From an uncultured virus (IMG/VR IMGVR_UViG_3300009408_000009) (Duplodnaviria; Heunggongvirae; Uroviricota; Caudoviricetes), in IMG/VR virus record IMGVR_UViG_3300009408_000009: 60,405 nt of DNA, one strand, 5' to 3'. Positions 36,637 to 47,140 of this stretch are shown piece after piece. Position 1 is the first letter of the stretch, and each line of letters begins with the position of its first letter. The notes beneath the pieces were generated by a model. It was not told where the DNA came from. It ran no database searches and saw only the letters and a program-made list of their open reading frames with translations. Position numbers and translations under genes: made by a program.

Positions 36637-39360
36637 TTATGCTACACTCAATCCAAATGAGTTTCCTGTTTGTTTTTCGCTATGTTTCATTACACTGCTA
36701 GTTACTTTATCCTTATCTAAATACACATCTCTTTTTGATTTTACTTCAGCTATTAATGTATCCATTTTGCTCAACATTTGTGTTTCGTAATCCGATACTG
36801 ATTCTGTTTTTTTACCACCAAGTAAATCTCCAACACTATTAATTAATCCGCCAATTCCTTCTGCAAGTCCACTAACTGTGTTTCCGATAGAAGCCGTAAT
36901 AGAAAAATTACTTAATGCATCTAATTTTGCAGGATTAATTCTATCAAGTTGAGTTGCAATCATATCAAGTGATTTTCCCATGCTTAATAAGGCAGCTGAT
37001 GTTTGAGTTAAACCTGGGCCCATAGTCGATAACTGATTTAATGGTATCATAGCCAATAAAGCAAATGGAGTAGCCAAACCAAGTGTTGTTAATCCAAGTG
37101 CTAATGAACCTAATCCAATTCCTAATGTAATTATAGAACTAGCAACAGTTGCAGAATCTGATACTGTACTTAATAATGGCCCTATTGATTTTTCTAATAT
37201 TTCAAATCCATTACCAATTGATTGTAATGCGTTTCCTAATATCAACATAGAACCAGCTACTACAACCATAGCTGCGACTCCTACTAATAATGGACCTACC
37301 ATTCCTTCTGACATTACTGTTCCAAGTAATATTACTCCACCGATTAGTACAGCCATTGAAACTACTGCTTTGCCAACTGCGTTCCAACTTACTTTCATAA
37401 ATTCTTGAACAGCTTTTCCAAATACAAAAACTGCTCCTGCTGCTACAACCATAGCTGCGGCTCCTGCTAAAAGTTTAGGTGGTTTCAGTTTTTGAATACT
37501 GTCAGTTAAACTTGTTGTACCTTTGCCAATTTTTGGTGAGGATTGTTTATTTGAGTCAACTCCTTTAAAAAGTTTATTTTTAAATCCACCTAATGCTTTT
37601 CCTAGTTTTGTATTTCCGATAGAGCCAAAACGTTTTCCTACATTGCCAATTTTTGGTATCATTCCTAGCATGTTTTTGCCTATCTGTAATGTACCTTTTA
37701 AAATTCCACCCACAGATAATCCAACAGATTGTAATCCTAAATTAAATTGGCCTGTTGATGCTACAATAGCTCCTAATCCTTTTAATGAAGTTCCTAAAAC
37801 TTTATTTAATCCAGCATCAATTGAAGTTCCCCATTCTGAAAATGTTTTTTTAATTACTTGACCAGATTCACCAATATGTTTTTGATGATCTAACATTTTT
37901 TGTAATTGAGTTACTGATAATCCTATTGCTTCTGCAGCAGCTTTTCTTTGGAATACATCCATTCTATTAAATGAATCTATTCCTCCAAGTTGTTTCAATG
38001 CTTCTGTTGTTGCCTCTTTGAGGTCACCATCATAAGCTAATTGTCTAGCCTTATTAAGATTTATGTTTCTTCCTAATAATGCACTTAATTGTAATTCTGA
38101 TGCTATACTACTTTGAAAATCTAATAAACTATCAGCTACTCCAGTAAGTGTACTCATATTAGTACCTAATTTTTGAGCATAAACACCTGCTTTAATTATA
38201 TTATCACCACCGTTTTTTGCATATAATGCAAATGCTTCGGCACTATCAGCTAAATCTGATAATACTGCTGAAGGTATAACGTGGTTTTGTTTTGCAAATT
38301 CTTTTGTAGTAGCAATCATATTTGTTGCTACTGATGTACTATCTCCATTTACTCTTGAAAAACTACCTATTAATGATACAGCTTCAGTATTTGAACTACC
38401 CATTGTGGATGCTATTAATCCAACATTTGTTTGAACAGTTAATGTTGCAGCACTTAATGAACCAAGTTCGCTAGATAATGATTTCACTGTCCCAGCTGTA
38501 TCATCAAATGCAAAACTTAATAATCCAGCTTCGGTTGATGCTAAATTTACATCTCGTATTGTAAATCCTAGTTTTTTATTAGTATCTACTATATTATCAG
38601 TTACAAATCCAGATGCAGTAATTAAAGCGCCAAAAGCAGTTTGCGGACGTTTTAAAAATGTAGATAAAGTTGCACCTAACGCAGTAATTTTAGTTTTTAT
38701 ATTTTTTATTACCTTTGCTTGACTTTCAAGAATATCTTTATTTTTTGAATCAATAGATGATAATGATTTAGCCTCGTTTGTTTGCGCTTTTATACCCGCT
38801 TCAATATCTGATTGTTTTTCTAGAAAATCTTTAGCAATACTGCTTCTTTTATCAAGTAATTCAACTTCGCCTTCTAACTCACTTTGAATGCTTTTCATAT
38901 CATCTAATATATGAGCTTTACTTAATTCATCTTCCTCAGATAATTGTGATAATTTAAGTGCTAATGATGATTGATCTTTATAATGTTTTAATACAGATTC
39001 AGTAATTTGCGCTTGAAATTCTTGAAGGTCAGTTAATCCCTTTGCAGAATTTCGTTGTATTTTGATTGAACCCAAAATGTCCATATGTTTTAACGCTTGA
39101 GCTGATATACTTTTTTTTATTTTATTGTATACCGTGCTTAATGAGCCCAATGTATCTTTTAAGTCATACATTGAATTAACTTGGCTACGGGCAGAAGTTG
39201 CAGATTCACGTTCAAGTTTTAAAATAGCTTGCAAGCGCGCTTTTGTTTTGATATAAGTTTTATCAAGTTTAGCTGCTTCTTTTCCATGCAGTTTTTGAAT
39301 TTCCTTTATTCGTTCTACAAGTTTAAGGCGTTCTTTTAATATTTCGTTTTGAGTGGCCAT
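36637..39360 (-). CDS. Tape measure protein
   Basis: 907 aa, coiled-coil plus Ala/Gly-rich hydrophobic segments; INLNKARQLA motif; position in the tail module. Confidence 0.8.
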   Translation of the reverse strand: MATQNEILKERLKLVERIKEIQKLHGKEAAKLDKTYIKTKARLQAILKLERESATSARSQVNSMYDLKDTLGSLSTVYNKIKKSISAQALKHMDILGSIKIQRNSAKGLTDLQEFQAQITESVLKHYKDQSSLALKLSQLSEEDELSKAHILDDMKSIQSELEGEVELLDKRSSIAKDFLEKQSDIEAGIKAQTNEAKSLSSIDSKNKDILESQAKVIKNIKTKITALGATLSTFLKRPQTAFGALITASGFVTDNIVDTNKKLGFTIRDVNLASTEAGLLSFAFDDTAGTVKSLSSELGSLSAATLTVQTNVGLIASTMGSSNTEAVSLIGSFSRVNGDSTSVATNMIATTKEFAKQNHVIPSAVLSDLADSAEAFALYAKNGGDNIIKAGVYAQKLGTNMSTLTGVADSLLDFQSSIASELQLSALLGRNINLNKARQLAYDGDLKEATTEALKQLGGIDSFNRMDVFQRKAAAEAIGLSVTQLQKMLDHQKHIGESGQVIKKTFSEWGTSIDAGLNKVLGTSLKGLGAIVASTGQFNLGLQSVGLSVGGILKGTLQIGKNMLGMIPKIGNVGKRFGSIGNTKLGKALGGFKNKLFKGVDSNKQSSPKIGKGTTSLTDSIQKLKPPKLLAGAAAMVVAAGAVFVFGKAVQEFMKVSWNAVGKAVVSMAVLIGGVILLGTVMSEGMVGPLLVGVAAMVVVAGSMLILGNALQSIGNGFEILEKSIGPLLSTVSDSATVASSIITLGIGLGSLALGLTTLGLATPFALLAMIPLNQLSTMGPGLTQTSAALLSMGKSLDMIATQLDRINPAKLDALSNFSITASIGNTVSGLAEGIGGLINSVGDLLGGKKTESVSDYETQMLSKMDTLIAEVKSKRDVYLDKDKVTSSVMKHSEKQTGNSFGLSVA

Positions 39361-39363
39361 TTA

Positions 39364-39555
39364 TTATAAGTCATCTAATGTTTTTCGTAAATCAATATAA
39401 TTTTTTTCTAAAGTAGTTAATTTATCAGTTACATTTGAAGATACACCTCGTTTCTTAGCTTGTGAAATAAATCGTTTTTGAGTACCTAATTGTAGGTTAT
39501 CAAGAAATTTATTTATAAAATTAGTTACAGATAGTTCAGTTATTCTTTTTTTCAT
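39364..39555 (-). CDS. Hypothetical protein
   Basis: 63-aa ORF with TATATTTATA motif upstream. Confidence 0.55.
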   Translation of the reverse strand: MKKRITELSVTNFINKFLDNLQLGTQKRFISQAKKRGVSSNVTDKLTTLEKNYIDLRKTLDDL

Positions 39556-39590
39556 AATATAGTAGGTGTTATAGTCTATAAATATATAAC

Positions 39591-39627
39591 AAAAAAAAAG
39601 AGTGAAGAAATATTATTTCCTCACTCG
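39591..39627 (-). terminator. Rho-independent terminator
   Basis: GAGTGA...TCACTC stem followed by a U-tract on the minus strand. Confidence 0.6.
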
Positions 39628-39864
39628 TGTTATGTGGCCTGGTGTCTTCCTGTTAGATTTCATTGCAGCTATAGTCTTCGATTCTTTCTTTTTAGATTCA
39701 AGTAATTTATTATAATAAAATTTTCTCCAATGGATAGGCATTGTATATAAAGATTTCCAAGAAAATCCATTGCCATAATTAGCTTGTTCCCAAAGTTGTG
39801 TATGAAGTTGAATACTATAATTAGTCGGTAGGGTAAAAAAACCCAACCCCAAACGGGATATCAA
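39613..39864 (-). CDS. Tail assembly chaperone extension, probably reached by frameshift
   Basis: Weak TTG start; overlaps the upstream ORF at a T7 run; YTMPIHWRKFY motif. Confidence 0.6.
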   Translation of the reverse strand: MISRLGLGFFTLPTNYSIQLHTQLWEQANYGNGFSWKSLYTMPIHWRKFYYNKLLESKKKESKTIAAMKSNRKTPGHITRVRK

Positions 39865-40612
39865 TTACCTCACTTTCGCCAGTTAACTCTGATTCGAAGT
39901 TGAACGTAAAATCCACATCTGGACTAATTGATTTAACATAGCTACGTAACGCTTTACTATCTCTTGCTAATAATTGGTTTTGTACCCAATTGTTAATAAA
40001 TCCTTTATCTGTATTACCGTTTACATCAATAATCATGTATCGTAATCGTGTACTAATATCATGAGAAACACCATCTTTGGATTTATTTAATCGTTGCAAT
40101 GCTTTAACTTCTGCATTTATATTTTTTTCATCCTTATGAGTTAATAGTTTAAATACAATTTTTATTTTAGAATTTGGTAAAGTAAAATCATAACGATTTT
40201 CAGTATTTAATTTTGAAAAATCAACTTCTTTAATCTGAATAGAACCTAAATCTATATTTACTTTTTGTAATTCACCACTAAATGGGTCATTAACTTCTAT
40301 ATTATAATTAGGGCCATATCCCAATACTCTTGTAGCTAAAAGAATAGCATTTTTATCACCTAAAAATATATCATCTACATTTATATCATCTTGAACCACA
40401 ACAGATTCAAACAATCGATCAAGAGCCACCCCCTTTCTTATCAAATTTTGTGATGCTAAAATATCTTCTTCCCTTGCAGTCATATATTTTAATTCCACCG
40501 TACCCTTTGATAACGGGTTTGTTTCTGGATATAGTTTTCCATTAGATGGAAGGTCTATAACTTCAGTTGGAAATTTAATTTTTGTCATTTTACTTAATTT
40601 ATTGTTACACAT
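39821..40612 (-). CDS. Baseplate hub / tail assembly chaperone (gp26-like)
   Basis: LPS.GKLY, YMTAREEDIL, RILGYG-like, C-terminal GFFYP. Confidence 0.7.
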   Translation of the reverse strand: MCNNKLSKMTKIKFPTEVIDLPSNGKLYPETNPLSKGTVELKYMTAREEDILASQNLIRKGVALDRLFESVVVQDDINVDDIFLGDKNAILLATRVLGYGPNYNIEVNDPFSGELQKVNIDLGSIQIKEVDFSKLNTENRYDFTLPNSKIKIVFKLLTHKDEKNINAEVKALQRLNKSKDGVSHDISTRLRYMIIDVNGNTDKGFINNWVQNQLLARDSKALRSYVKSISPDVDFTFNFESELTGESEVIDIPFGVGFFYPTD

Positions 40613-40805
40613 ATATATATATGTATAAATAAAAAAAAAGAAATACTTTTGTATTTATTTCTTCAAAAATATTTTTTTGGAATTGCCATATACTTATATG
40701 TTTCTGCATCGCCATATCAGCGATTTGAGTCTGACCAGAAATAGAATCTAACTTTTAGTAATTCATCTGTTGATTTTTCGTCTGTAAAAATCATATGTTT
40801 AAATT

Positions 40806-41210
40806 TTATGTTAAATGTAATATTGTTTTTTCAAATTCTCGTCTATGATTTCTATTATGTAACCACATATTAAAACCATATACGTTTCGTTGCCATTCTT
40901 TTGATAATTTAGCGTTGATCATAGTTAATACTTTATATTCAGAAGTTGGTAACATTGGAAATAATCTATATGTACTAGATATTGCGAAATAACGGCCGTT
41001 ATCTTTTTTTGTATCTGCTACTAAATGCCAAACGTTATCTAACATCCAATATTCTTTTGAATACGATTTTTTATTACCACGAATTAAATATTCTCCGTTT
41101 GGTAAATTTTTGTATTGTGGTAATGGTGAATCTACAATATCAAAATCCTCTAATAAATTAGTGTGTGTCCACCATTCCGGAGCATTTAAAAATTTTATCT
41201 TATTTTTCAT
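40806..41210 (-). CDS. Hypothetical protein
   Basis: 134-aa ORF. Confidence 0.5.
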   Translation of the reverse strand: MKNKIKFLNAPEWWTHTNLLEDFDIVDSPLPQYKNLPNGEYLIRGNKKSYSKEYWMLDNVWHLVADTKKDNGRYFAISSTYRLFPMLPTSEYKVLTMINAKLSKEWQRNVYGFNMWLHNRNHRREFEKTILHLT

Positions 41211-41465
41211 AATACTTTATTTAAGTTCAAGTGAATTATAAGTGTATCCCTCACAATCAGTATATGTATCGGATAAATATTTTGAATATTCATCAAATAT
41301 CATATCGAATTGGATCTTAGATAGCTCATTTCATACGGTTTATAATATTTTCACTTTTCATAATTTAGTTGTTTTAAGTTTTACTTATAGTTTTATTACA
41401 TAGTAAATATACAAAAAAAAATCGTGATACTACAAATTTGAAATGCTAAAGTTTTGTTAAAATTT

Positions 41466-41993
41466 CTATGTATTATATGATGGGTGAAGTTTATGATGAC
41501 ATTTTTTACATAATGTTTTTCCTGATGTGCTATTATCTATATGATAATCTATAACTTTATTTGCAATATCTCGTTTTTCATCAAATGTATATTCATTAGT
41601 TTTATCAACAAATTTTTGAAGTATTTGTGGCATTTGTTCTTTATCATGATGAACTTCTAATTGTTTATTAGATCCACAAGATTGACAAGTAAATTTTTCT
41701 TTTATTAATATTGGATATATCCAATCTGTATATAATCTTTTATTTGAACGTATAATATTATTTATTGAAGATACGCCACCTTTCCAATTATGTGATTTTA
41801 ATCCGTATTCAGCAACAATACTTCCAAATTGCCATTGTTCAGACATTCGATGTTTTCTTCGTTGAATTTCATTTTTATCTGACTGTATAGTGATACTACC
41901 GCATTTACCATATTTGGCAACTCGATCATCTGTTTCTTTGGTTAACCCTGTGTTCCAAACTATTCGTTCTCCGTTTTTGAATTGTTTTTTACG
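41466..41993 (-). pseudogene. 5'-truncated HNH endonuclease
   Basis: CQSCG..LEVHH...TLCKKCH; frame open upstream (WNTGLTKETDDRV) to a stop at about 41996 with no start codon. Confidence 0.6.
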
Positions 41994-42046
41994 TTAAGAT
42001 ATGATTAAGAAGTTATTAGCAATTTCCTAATTTAGAATGATTCTAA

Positions 42047-42535
42047 TTAATACTCTAAAATTGCGTAATCATAGGCTAACGTTAATGATATTTCTACCAC
42101 ATCACTTGCAGACCAGTCTAAATCACCGAATTCTGCTGATAATATGAATGCACCTTTTAATTTCCATTGTTCTGTTTTATCACCAAGAGGGCCTAAAGTA
42201 TAGCAGTCTATATCTTTTTTGTACATTCCTGCATATCCATCTCTACCTGTTAATGATTCATGAGATAATCTTACCCAATCCATTACTGCTTGTGCTCCAC
42301 TAGGTACAATTGGATCATATAGTGTCATGGTTACATCTTGCCACTCGCCTTTTCCCTTTAGTTTTCGCTTTATATTAATATGATCAAGAGTAATAGCTTC
42401 AAATTGAAGTTGGGGTTTTGTTACTGTTTTTATCATATATGATGGAATCCCATCTATCTCCATGATAAAATGATTTTTTGTTTTCGGTTCAAAGTCCGTA
42501 TAGAACATATCCGAAAATTCTAAGACAGATGCCAT
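42047..42535 (-). CDS. Tail tube protein (gp19-like)
   Basis: FEPK, LYDPIVPSGAQAVMDW, WKLKGAF, LAYDYA. Confidence 0.85.
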   Translation of the reverse strand: MASVLEFSDMFYTDFEPKTKNHFIMEIDGIPSYMIKTVTKPQLQFEAITLDHINIKRKLKGKGEWQDVTMTLYDPIVPSGAQAVMDWVRLSHESLTGRDGYAGMYKKDIDCYTLGPLGDKTEQWKLKGAFILSAEFGDLDWSASDVVEISLTLAYDYAILEY

Positions 42536-42576
42536 AATTTATTTTCTTTTTAGTTAATTTCTATTTTTGTTACACC

Positions 42577-42586
42577 TATAAATATA
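42577..42586 (-). promoter_or_regulatory. Phage (late-type) promoter motif TATATTTATA
   Basis: Exact copies at 26024, 39577, 42577, 45197, 45577 and 47050, each about 20-42 nt upstream of a minus-strand start. Confidence 0.65.
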
Positions 42587-42620
42587 AGAAAATATTTTTT
42601 TCACTTATTTTAGAAAAAAA

Positions 42621-42749
42621 TATAAATTAAAAGATACGTTAGAAAATTTTAATCCAAAATTAACAGAATGGGAAAATATGCGAATAAATGGGTATGATAG
42701 GATTTGGGACTGCGGAAATTATGAATACACTAAAAATTATTTAAAATAA
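42621..42749 (+). pseudogene. C-terminal remnant of a Hef-like homing endonuclease
   Basis: FNPKLTEWENMRINGYDRIWDCGN with no start, on the opposite strand. Confidence 0.65.
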
Positions 42750-42775
42750 AAAAACCACCCTAAAGAGTGGTTTTA
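42747..42775 (-). terminator. Rho-independent terminator after the sheath gene
   Basis: AAAACCAC...GTGGTTTTTTT on the minus strand. Confidence 0.7.
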
Positions 42776-42797
42776 TAAAAATATTTAAATATATTAG

Positions 42798-45155
42798 TTA
42801 TCCATTGAATTGTGCTCCTGTACTTTGGATGTTGAAATCTAGTACAATAAATTCAGCTGTTCGTGTAGGTTGTAAAAATAATTGGCCTACTAACATATTT
42901 CTATCAATAACATCAGGTGTATTATTAGTTTCATCCATTACTACTTTAAACACAGTTAAACCTTGTCGTTGTTGTATTCCTTCTAAATATGGATTAACCG
43001 TATTTAAAAATTTATTACGAGTAGTAGGTGTATTTTGTTCAAATACTAAGAATCTTGATGTAGATGCAATAAATTTTTTGACTTTAATAAGTAATCTTCT
43101 TACGCCAATTCTATCTAATGCTGATGATGCATCTTGTAATGTTTTTTGTCCATAAGCTGCAATTCCAGTACCAGGAAATACGGCTATAGGATTTACTTTA
43201 TTTTCATATAATTCATCACGTTCTGCATGAGTTAATCTGTTTAGCACACTTACTGCACCGACAAGTCCACCACGATTTAATCCAGCTGGTGCCCACCATT
43301 CTGCTGAGATTGCGTCACTTGCTGCATAAATTCCTGGCATTAATACTGATGGTGGTATTGCTGTTAATTTGTTAGTATTTCTATCAATAGTTTTTACCCA
43401 TGGATAATATGTACCTACATAGTTTGAATCCACTTTTTGAGCTTCTGTTGTTGCTTGTGCTATACTATCATTTTGAGAAGTTATATCACCGATATAAAAC
43501 GCATCTTCACGAGTTTCTACCATGTTTACAATTTTATCAAATGAGTATGAATGTAATCGTCTAATTATTCCTGGTGCAGCTACTAAATTAATATCCCATG
43601 CATCTTCGTTTGATATTGCGTTAGTTGCTTTTAAATATGCTACAGAACCTAATGCGGTTGAATTAGATAAATCGAAACCTTGCGAATTATCACTTGTAAT
43701 AGATACTCCTAAATTTATAGCTCTCGTTGGAGTTACACCATCAAATCCATTTTGAAACCCTATTGTAAATTGTCGTTTATTAATATCAGTTGTATCTGAA
43801 CCTGTTGCTTCATATCCAAAATTATATGGTGTTGCTACACCACCACTTGCAGCATTAATAGTATCATCAAATGAAAATACCGTATTAATACCTACTATTG
43901 CTGATGTTGGAATTGGGTTTAAGTAAGTTGCGTTATCTTTTTTTACGTTTGTTGTTATTAAATCAATTCCTGCAAAGTTTGTATCTTCTGTACTTGTGTT
44001 TTCGTTTGAACCAGTTGAGAAAATTACAGCTGGTACAGTAAGAGTTGTACCTGTTATATTAATTGGATTTATATATGCAGCATGTGCGAATGGAAATGAT
44101 ACACGTGGAAATGAATTTTCTGGTGCAACTTCTACACGTACATATTTTGAATTATTATCATAATCACCGTTATCAGTAATTTTACCTGATGAATTAATGG
44201 TTAAATGTTTATCGCCGATTACTTTTAATATATAATTAGATGATGCAGGATTCATAGTAACATTACTATATACTTCTTTTACCACTTGTTTACTATCAGT
44301 ATCGTTGTAATCTCGTATTAAAATAGAAAATGTAGGCCAAGGTTCTGGAATACTTGTTGTTGCATCTTTTATCTTAACATTATAAATACTAATTTTATAT
44401 TCTTTGTTATAATTTGTACCATCACCTAAAGTATGAAATCTAAATAAATTATTTCTTGTTGATGAAATAAGTTGTGATTGTATCCATGGAGTTGATGCAT
44501 TTGTTGCAGTATTTACATCTGTGTCTGCACCATAATTAAATTCTTGGGTTGGCAATTCAACTAAAGATACTATTCCACCAGTACCAAGATCAGTATCAGT
44601 ATTAGCAGCATTTTCAAAATAATTATAAGCATAAGTACTTTTGCTTCCTTTTGGTGAATTTCCAAATACGTCATTAATATCGTTAGGTGATGATGTTAAT
44701 ACAGATGATGAAACTGGAGCTGAACCGGTTACTGTAATATTAAAATCTGATGAAGATGCTATACTACTAATAGTAGAACCAGAAAATCCAGTTAATTCAC
44801 CGCCTTCATCCGTAGATAATAATGATGCGATTAATGTATTACCACTCGAACCTGATATTGAAATTCCGATTGGTGCTATGTGTTGATACCCACCTACATG
44901 ACCTACTCTAACAATAGTTACAGTTCCGGCTTCACGTAAATAGTTTTGTACGGTATATCCTGTATAGAATGTTCCATCAGGTGTACCAAAAATTTCTTCA
45001 AATTCTGATTGTGTATTTACAATTGTTGGTACGAACGTTGGGCCTTTTTTGAATGGGCCTATTATTGCTGCACCGATATTTCCAATTCCTTGTGCCAAAA
45101 ATGATGTATCATTTTCACGAGTGAACACACCAGGCGATATAATTTTTTCTGCCAT
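42798..45155 (-). CDS. Tail sheath protein (gp18-like)
   Basis: SPGVFTRE, YYPW, WWAPAGLNRG, GQKTL, VRRL, EFIVLDF. Confidence 0.95.
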   Translation of the reverse strand: MAEKIISPGVFTRENDTSFLAQGIGNIGAAIIGPFKKGPTFVPTIVNTQSEFEEIFGTPDGTFYTGYTVQNYLREAGTVTIVRVGHVGGYQHIAPIGISISGSSGNTLIASLLSTDEGGELTGFSGSTISSIASSSDFNITVTGSAPVSSSVLTSSPNDINDVFGNSPKGSKSTYAYNYFENAANTDTDLGTGGIVSLVELPTQEFNYGADTDVNTATNASTPWIQSQLISSTRNNLFRFHTLGDGTNYNKEYKISIYNVKIKDATTSIPEPWPTFSILIRDYNDTDSKQVVKEVYSNVTMNPASSNYILKVIGDKHLTINSSGKITDNGDYDNNSKYVRVEVAPENSFPRVSFPFAHAAYINPINITGTTLTVPAVIFSTGSNENTSTEDTNFAGIDLITTNVKKDNATYLNPIPTSAIVGINTVFSFDDTINAASGGVATPYNFGYEATGSDTTDINKRQFTIGFQNGFDGVTPTRAINLGVSITSDNSQGFDLSNSTALGSVAYLKATNAISNEDAWDINLVAAPGIIRRLHSYSFDKIVNMVETREDAFYIGDITSQNDSIAQATTEAQKVDSNYVGTYYPWVKTIDRNTNKLTAIPPSVLMPGIYAASDAISAEWWAPAGLNRGGLVGAVSVLNRLTHAERDELYENKVNPIAVFPGTGIAAYGQKTLQDASSALDRIGVRRLLIKVKKFIASTSRFLVFEQNTPTTRNKFLNTVNPYLEGIQQRQGLTVFKVVMDETNNTPDVIDRNMLVGQLFLQPTRTAEFIVLDFNIQSTGAQFNG

Positions 45156-45229
45156 TTTTATTTACTCCTAATTATTTTTTTATATTAAAATTCACATATA
45201 AATATAAAATAGTTTTTCCAAACTACTTT

Positions 45230-45541
45230 TTATTGTTTTGTTTCTGTTTGATTTTCTTGGTTATTTGTGTTTAAAGGGGTAAACACGCCGTTTTCTGGAT
45301 TATAGTTTCCATCCCCATACTTTTTATTTAATGATTTAAATAATTCTTGTTCTACTACAACTAATTTATTATGTTGCGCAGCTAATGGTTCTTCTTTTTT
45401 TTCTAATTCGCTTAATTCAAATAATTTTTTCTTCTTTTCGATTGAAATCTGGCCTAATTGAGTAAATACGCCAGAAACCTCTAATCTTAAATCATTTATT
45501 TGTTTAATTTCATCATTTGTAAACTTAATTGATTTTGTCAT
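45230..45541 (-). CDS. Conserved coiled-coil tail-region protein
   Basis: QLGQI...LNKKYGDG..NP..GVF motif. Confidence 0.6.
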   Translation of the reverse strand: MTKSIKFTNDEIKQINDLRLEVSGVFTQLGQISIEKKKKLFELSELEKKEEPLAAQHNKLVVVEQELFKSLNKKYGDGNYNPENGVFTPLNTNNQENQTETKQ

Positions 45542-45704
45542 TTTTTATCTATGTTAGTTATTAATGTATATATATATATAAATATAAAGAAAAAATAAAA
45601 ACGTATGATTTTTCATTATAATTTTATTGTTTTTCATTAATAATCAAATATAGTTTCAATAGTTGCAATTAGTTTTATAAAATAATATAAAATTAACTAC
45701 TTTT

Positions 45705-46891
45705 TTAGCTAGAGAGACTATATACTCCTCTACTGCGGATGTTTATTGCTGCATTATAATCTGCATCAAGTTCGTTTCCACAAGATATACATTTATATTT
45801 TTCTCCGTTTCTGGAGTGTTTATTTATGTTACCACAATTAGAGCATGTCTGACTGGTATAAGCTGGTGAAACCTTCACCATTTTTATACCATTAACCAGA
45901 CATATATCTGTTAGTTTTTCAATTGTTTTAGTATAAGACAATCTTTGTAATTTATTCATTACTTTATGATAAATCTTGCCTTTAGTATTTTTCTTAACAT
46001 CTAATAAGTTCTCAATTACAAGTGTACTTATATTATCAAGTTTTAATTGTTTACTATAATAATTAATTAAATTATCTCTATGCTTTAATAATTTCTTAAA
46101 TTTTTTGCTACCTTGTTCTTTATTTGAAAGTTTAGTATAAACTTTTAAAAGTTCTTTGCCAATAAATTCTTTATTAGAAGTTGTAATTAACTTTTTATAA
46201 CCAAGATCGATTCCAATGGATTTACCAGTAGTTTTAAGTTCAGGTGCTTCTTTAAACCAAACTAGATTAATATAATAATCTTTGCCTATTTGCTTTAATT
46301 GTATATTGCTTTTTAAGGTATAACCACTATCTAATAAACTATTAGAATGTTTATGTTGCTTTAGTGGTAATTTTATATTAATTGCTCTAGTACCTTTCTT
46401 ATTAAAATATGGAAGTGTTATTTTAACAAAGTTATCAAAGTGATTTCCAATTTTAATATCAAAAAAGCGTTCGTCTAAATTAATAGATATATTTTTTAAA
46501 GAAGACATTTTAAAATATTTAGTCAAATAAACAGGTGTTAGTTTTAACTTTGAAAATTTAGTATTAACAAACTTAGAGTCAGGATGCATTTTAGCCATAT
46601 AAGCATATACCTTTTTATAAGTGTAATAGCGTTTAGCTTTTGCTTTCTTGCTTTGAGAACGGATTATACTAGAAGCATGTTTATAAATTAAGTTTTTATA
46701 TCTACTATGCTTAATTATTTTAGTTGGAAGTATTTTGCTAGATAAATTAGATTTTAAGGGTAATTTTCCAGTTATAATATAAGTTATGTAAGTTTTTAAA
46801 TCATTTTTTAGCTAAAAAATAATGCATCAAGTATTACTAACTTATTTTTATTAGCAATATTAACTATATTATGTTTTGACGTTTTAATCAT
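45705..46891 (-). pseudogene. tnpB: TnpB/Cas12f-like RNA-guided nuclease with an early frameshift
   Basis: GIDLG, VIENL, CSNCG/CISCG, DADYNAAINI intact; ATG 46891 (MIKTSKHNI) stops at TAA 46810-46808 and continues in the -1 frame. Confidence 0.8.
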
Positions 46892-47022
46892 TTTCTTATT
46901 TCTTGCAAAATAAATTGTCTTATTTTTGTAGACATATCAAGTAAATCGGCATTACATACTTCTTTAAACTTCTTTTTTATATCGGTTGGTACTCTAACTA
47001 TTATTTGATTAGTATGTTTCAT
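46888..47022 (-). CDS. Ribbon-helix-helix DNA-binding protein (44 aa)
   Basis: MKHTNQIIVRVPTDIKKKFKEVC...MSTKIRQFI; ATGA-coupled to tnpB. Confidence 0.7.
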   Translation of the reverse strand: MKHTNQIIVRVPTDIKKKFKEVCNADLLDMSTKIRQFILQEIRK

Positions 47023-47107
47023 ATTAATTAGTATTATATTGTTACTACTTATAAATATAAGAAAAATAAAAAAGAAGCAAGATTTGAGCAATTATTTTTA
47101 AAAAAGT

Positions 47108-47140
47108 TTTGGTAAACTCAAATAATTTTCGTATCTTTAA
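47108..47140 (+). promoter_or_regulatory. Outward-facing Bacteroidota-like promoter inside the TnpB element
   Basis: TTTGG...TTCGTATCTTTAA on the plus strand. Confidence 0.5.

Noticed and set aside
45640..45700. CRISPR repeat (ATTGAAAC end) next to TnpB
   Set aside because: Only one local copy and one distant copy; no repeat-spacer array.
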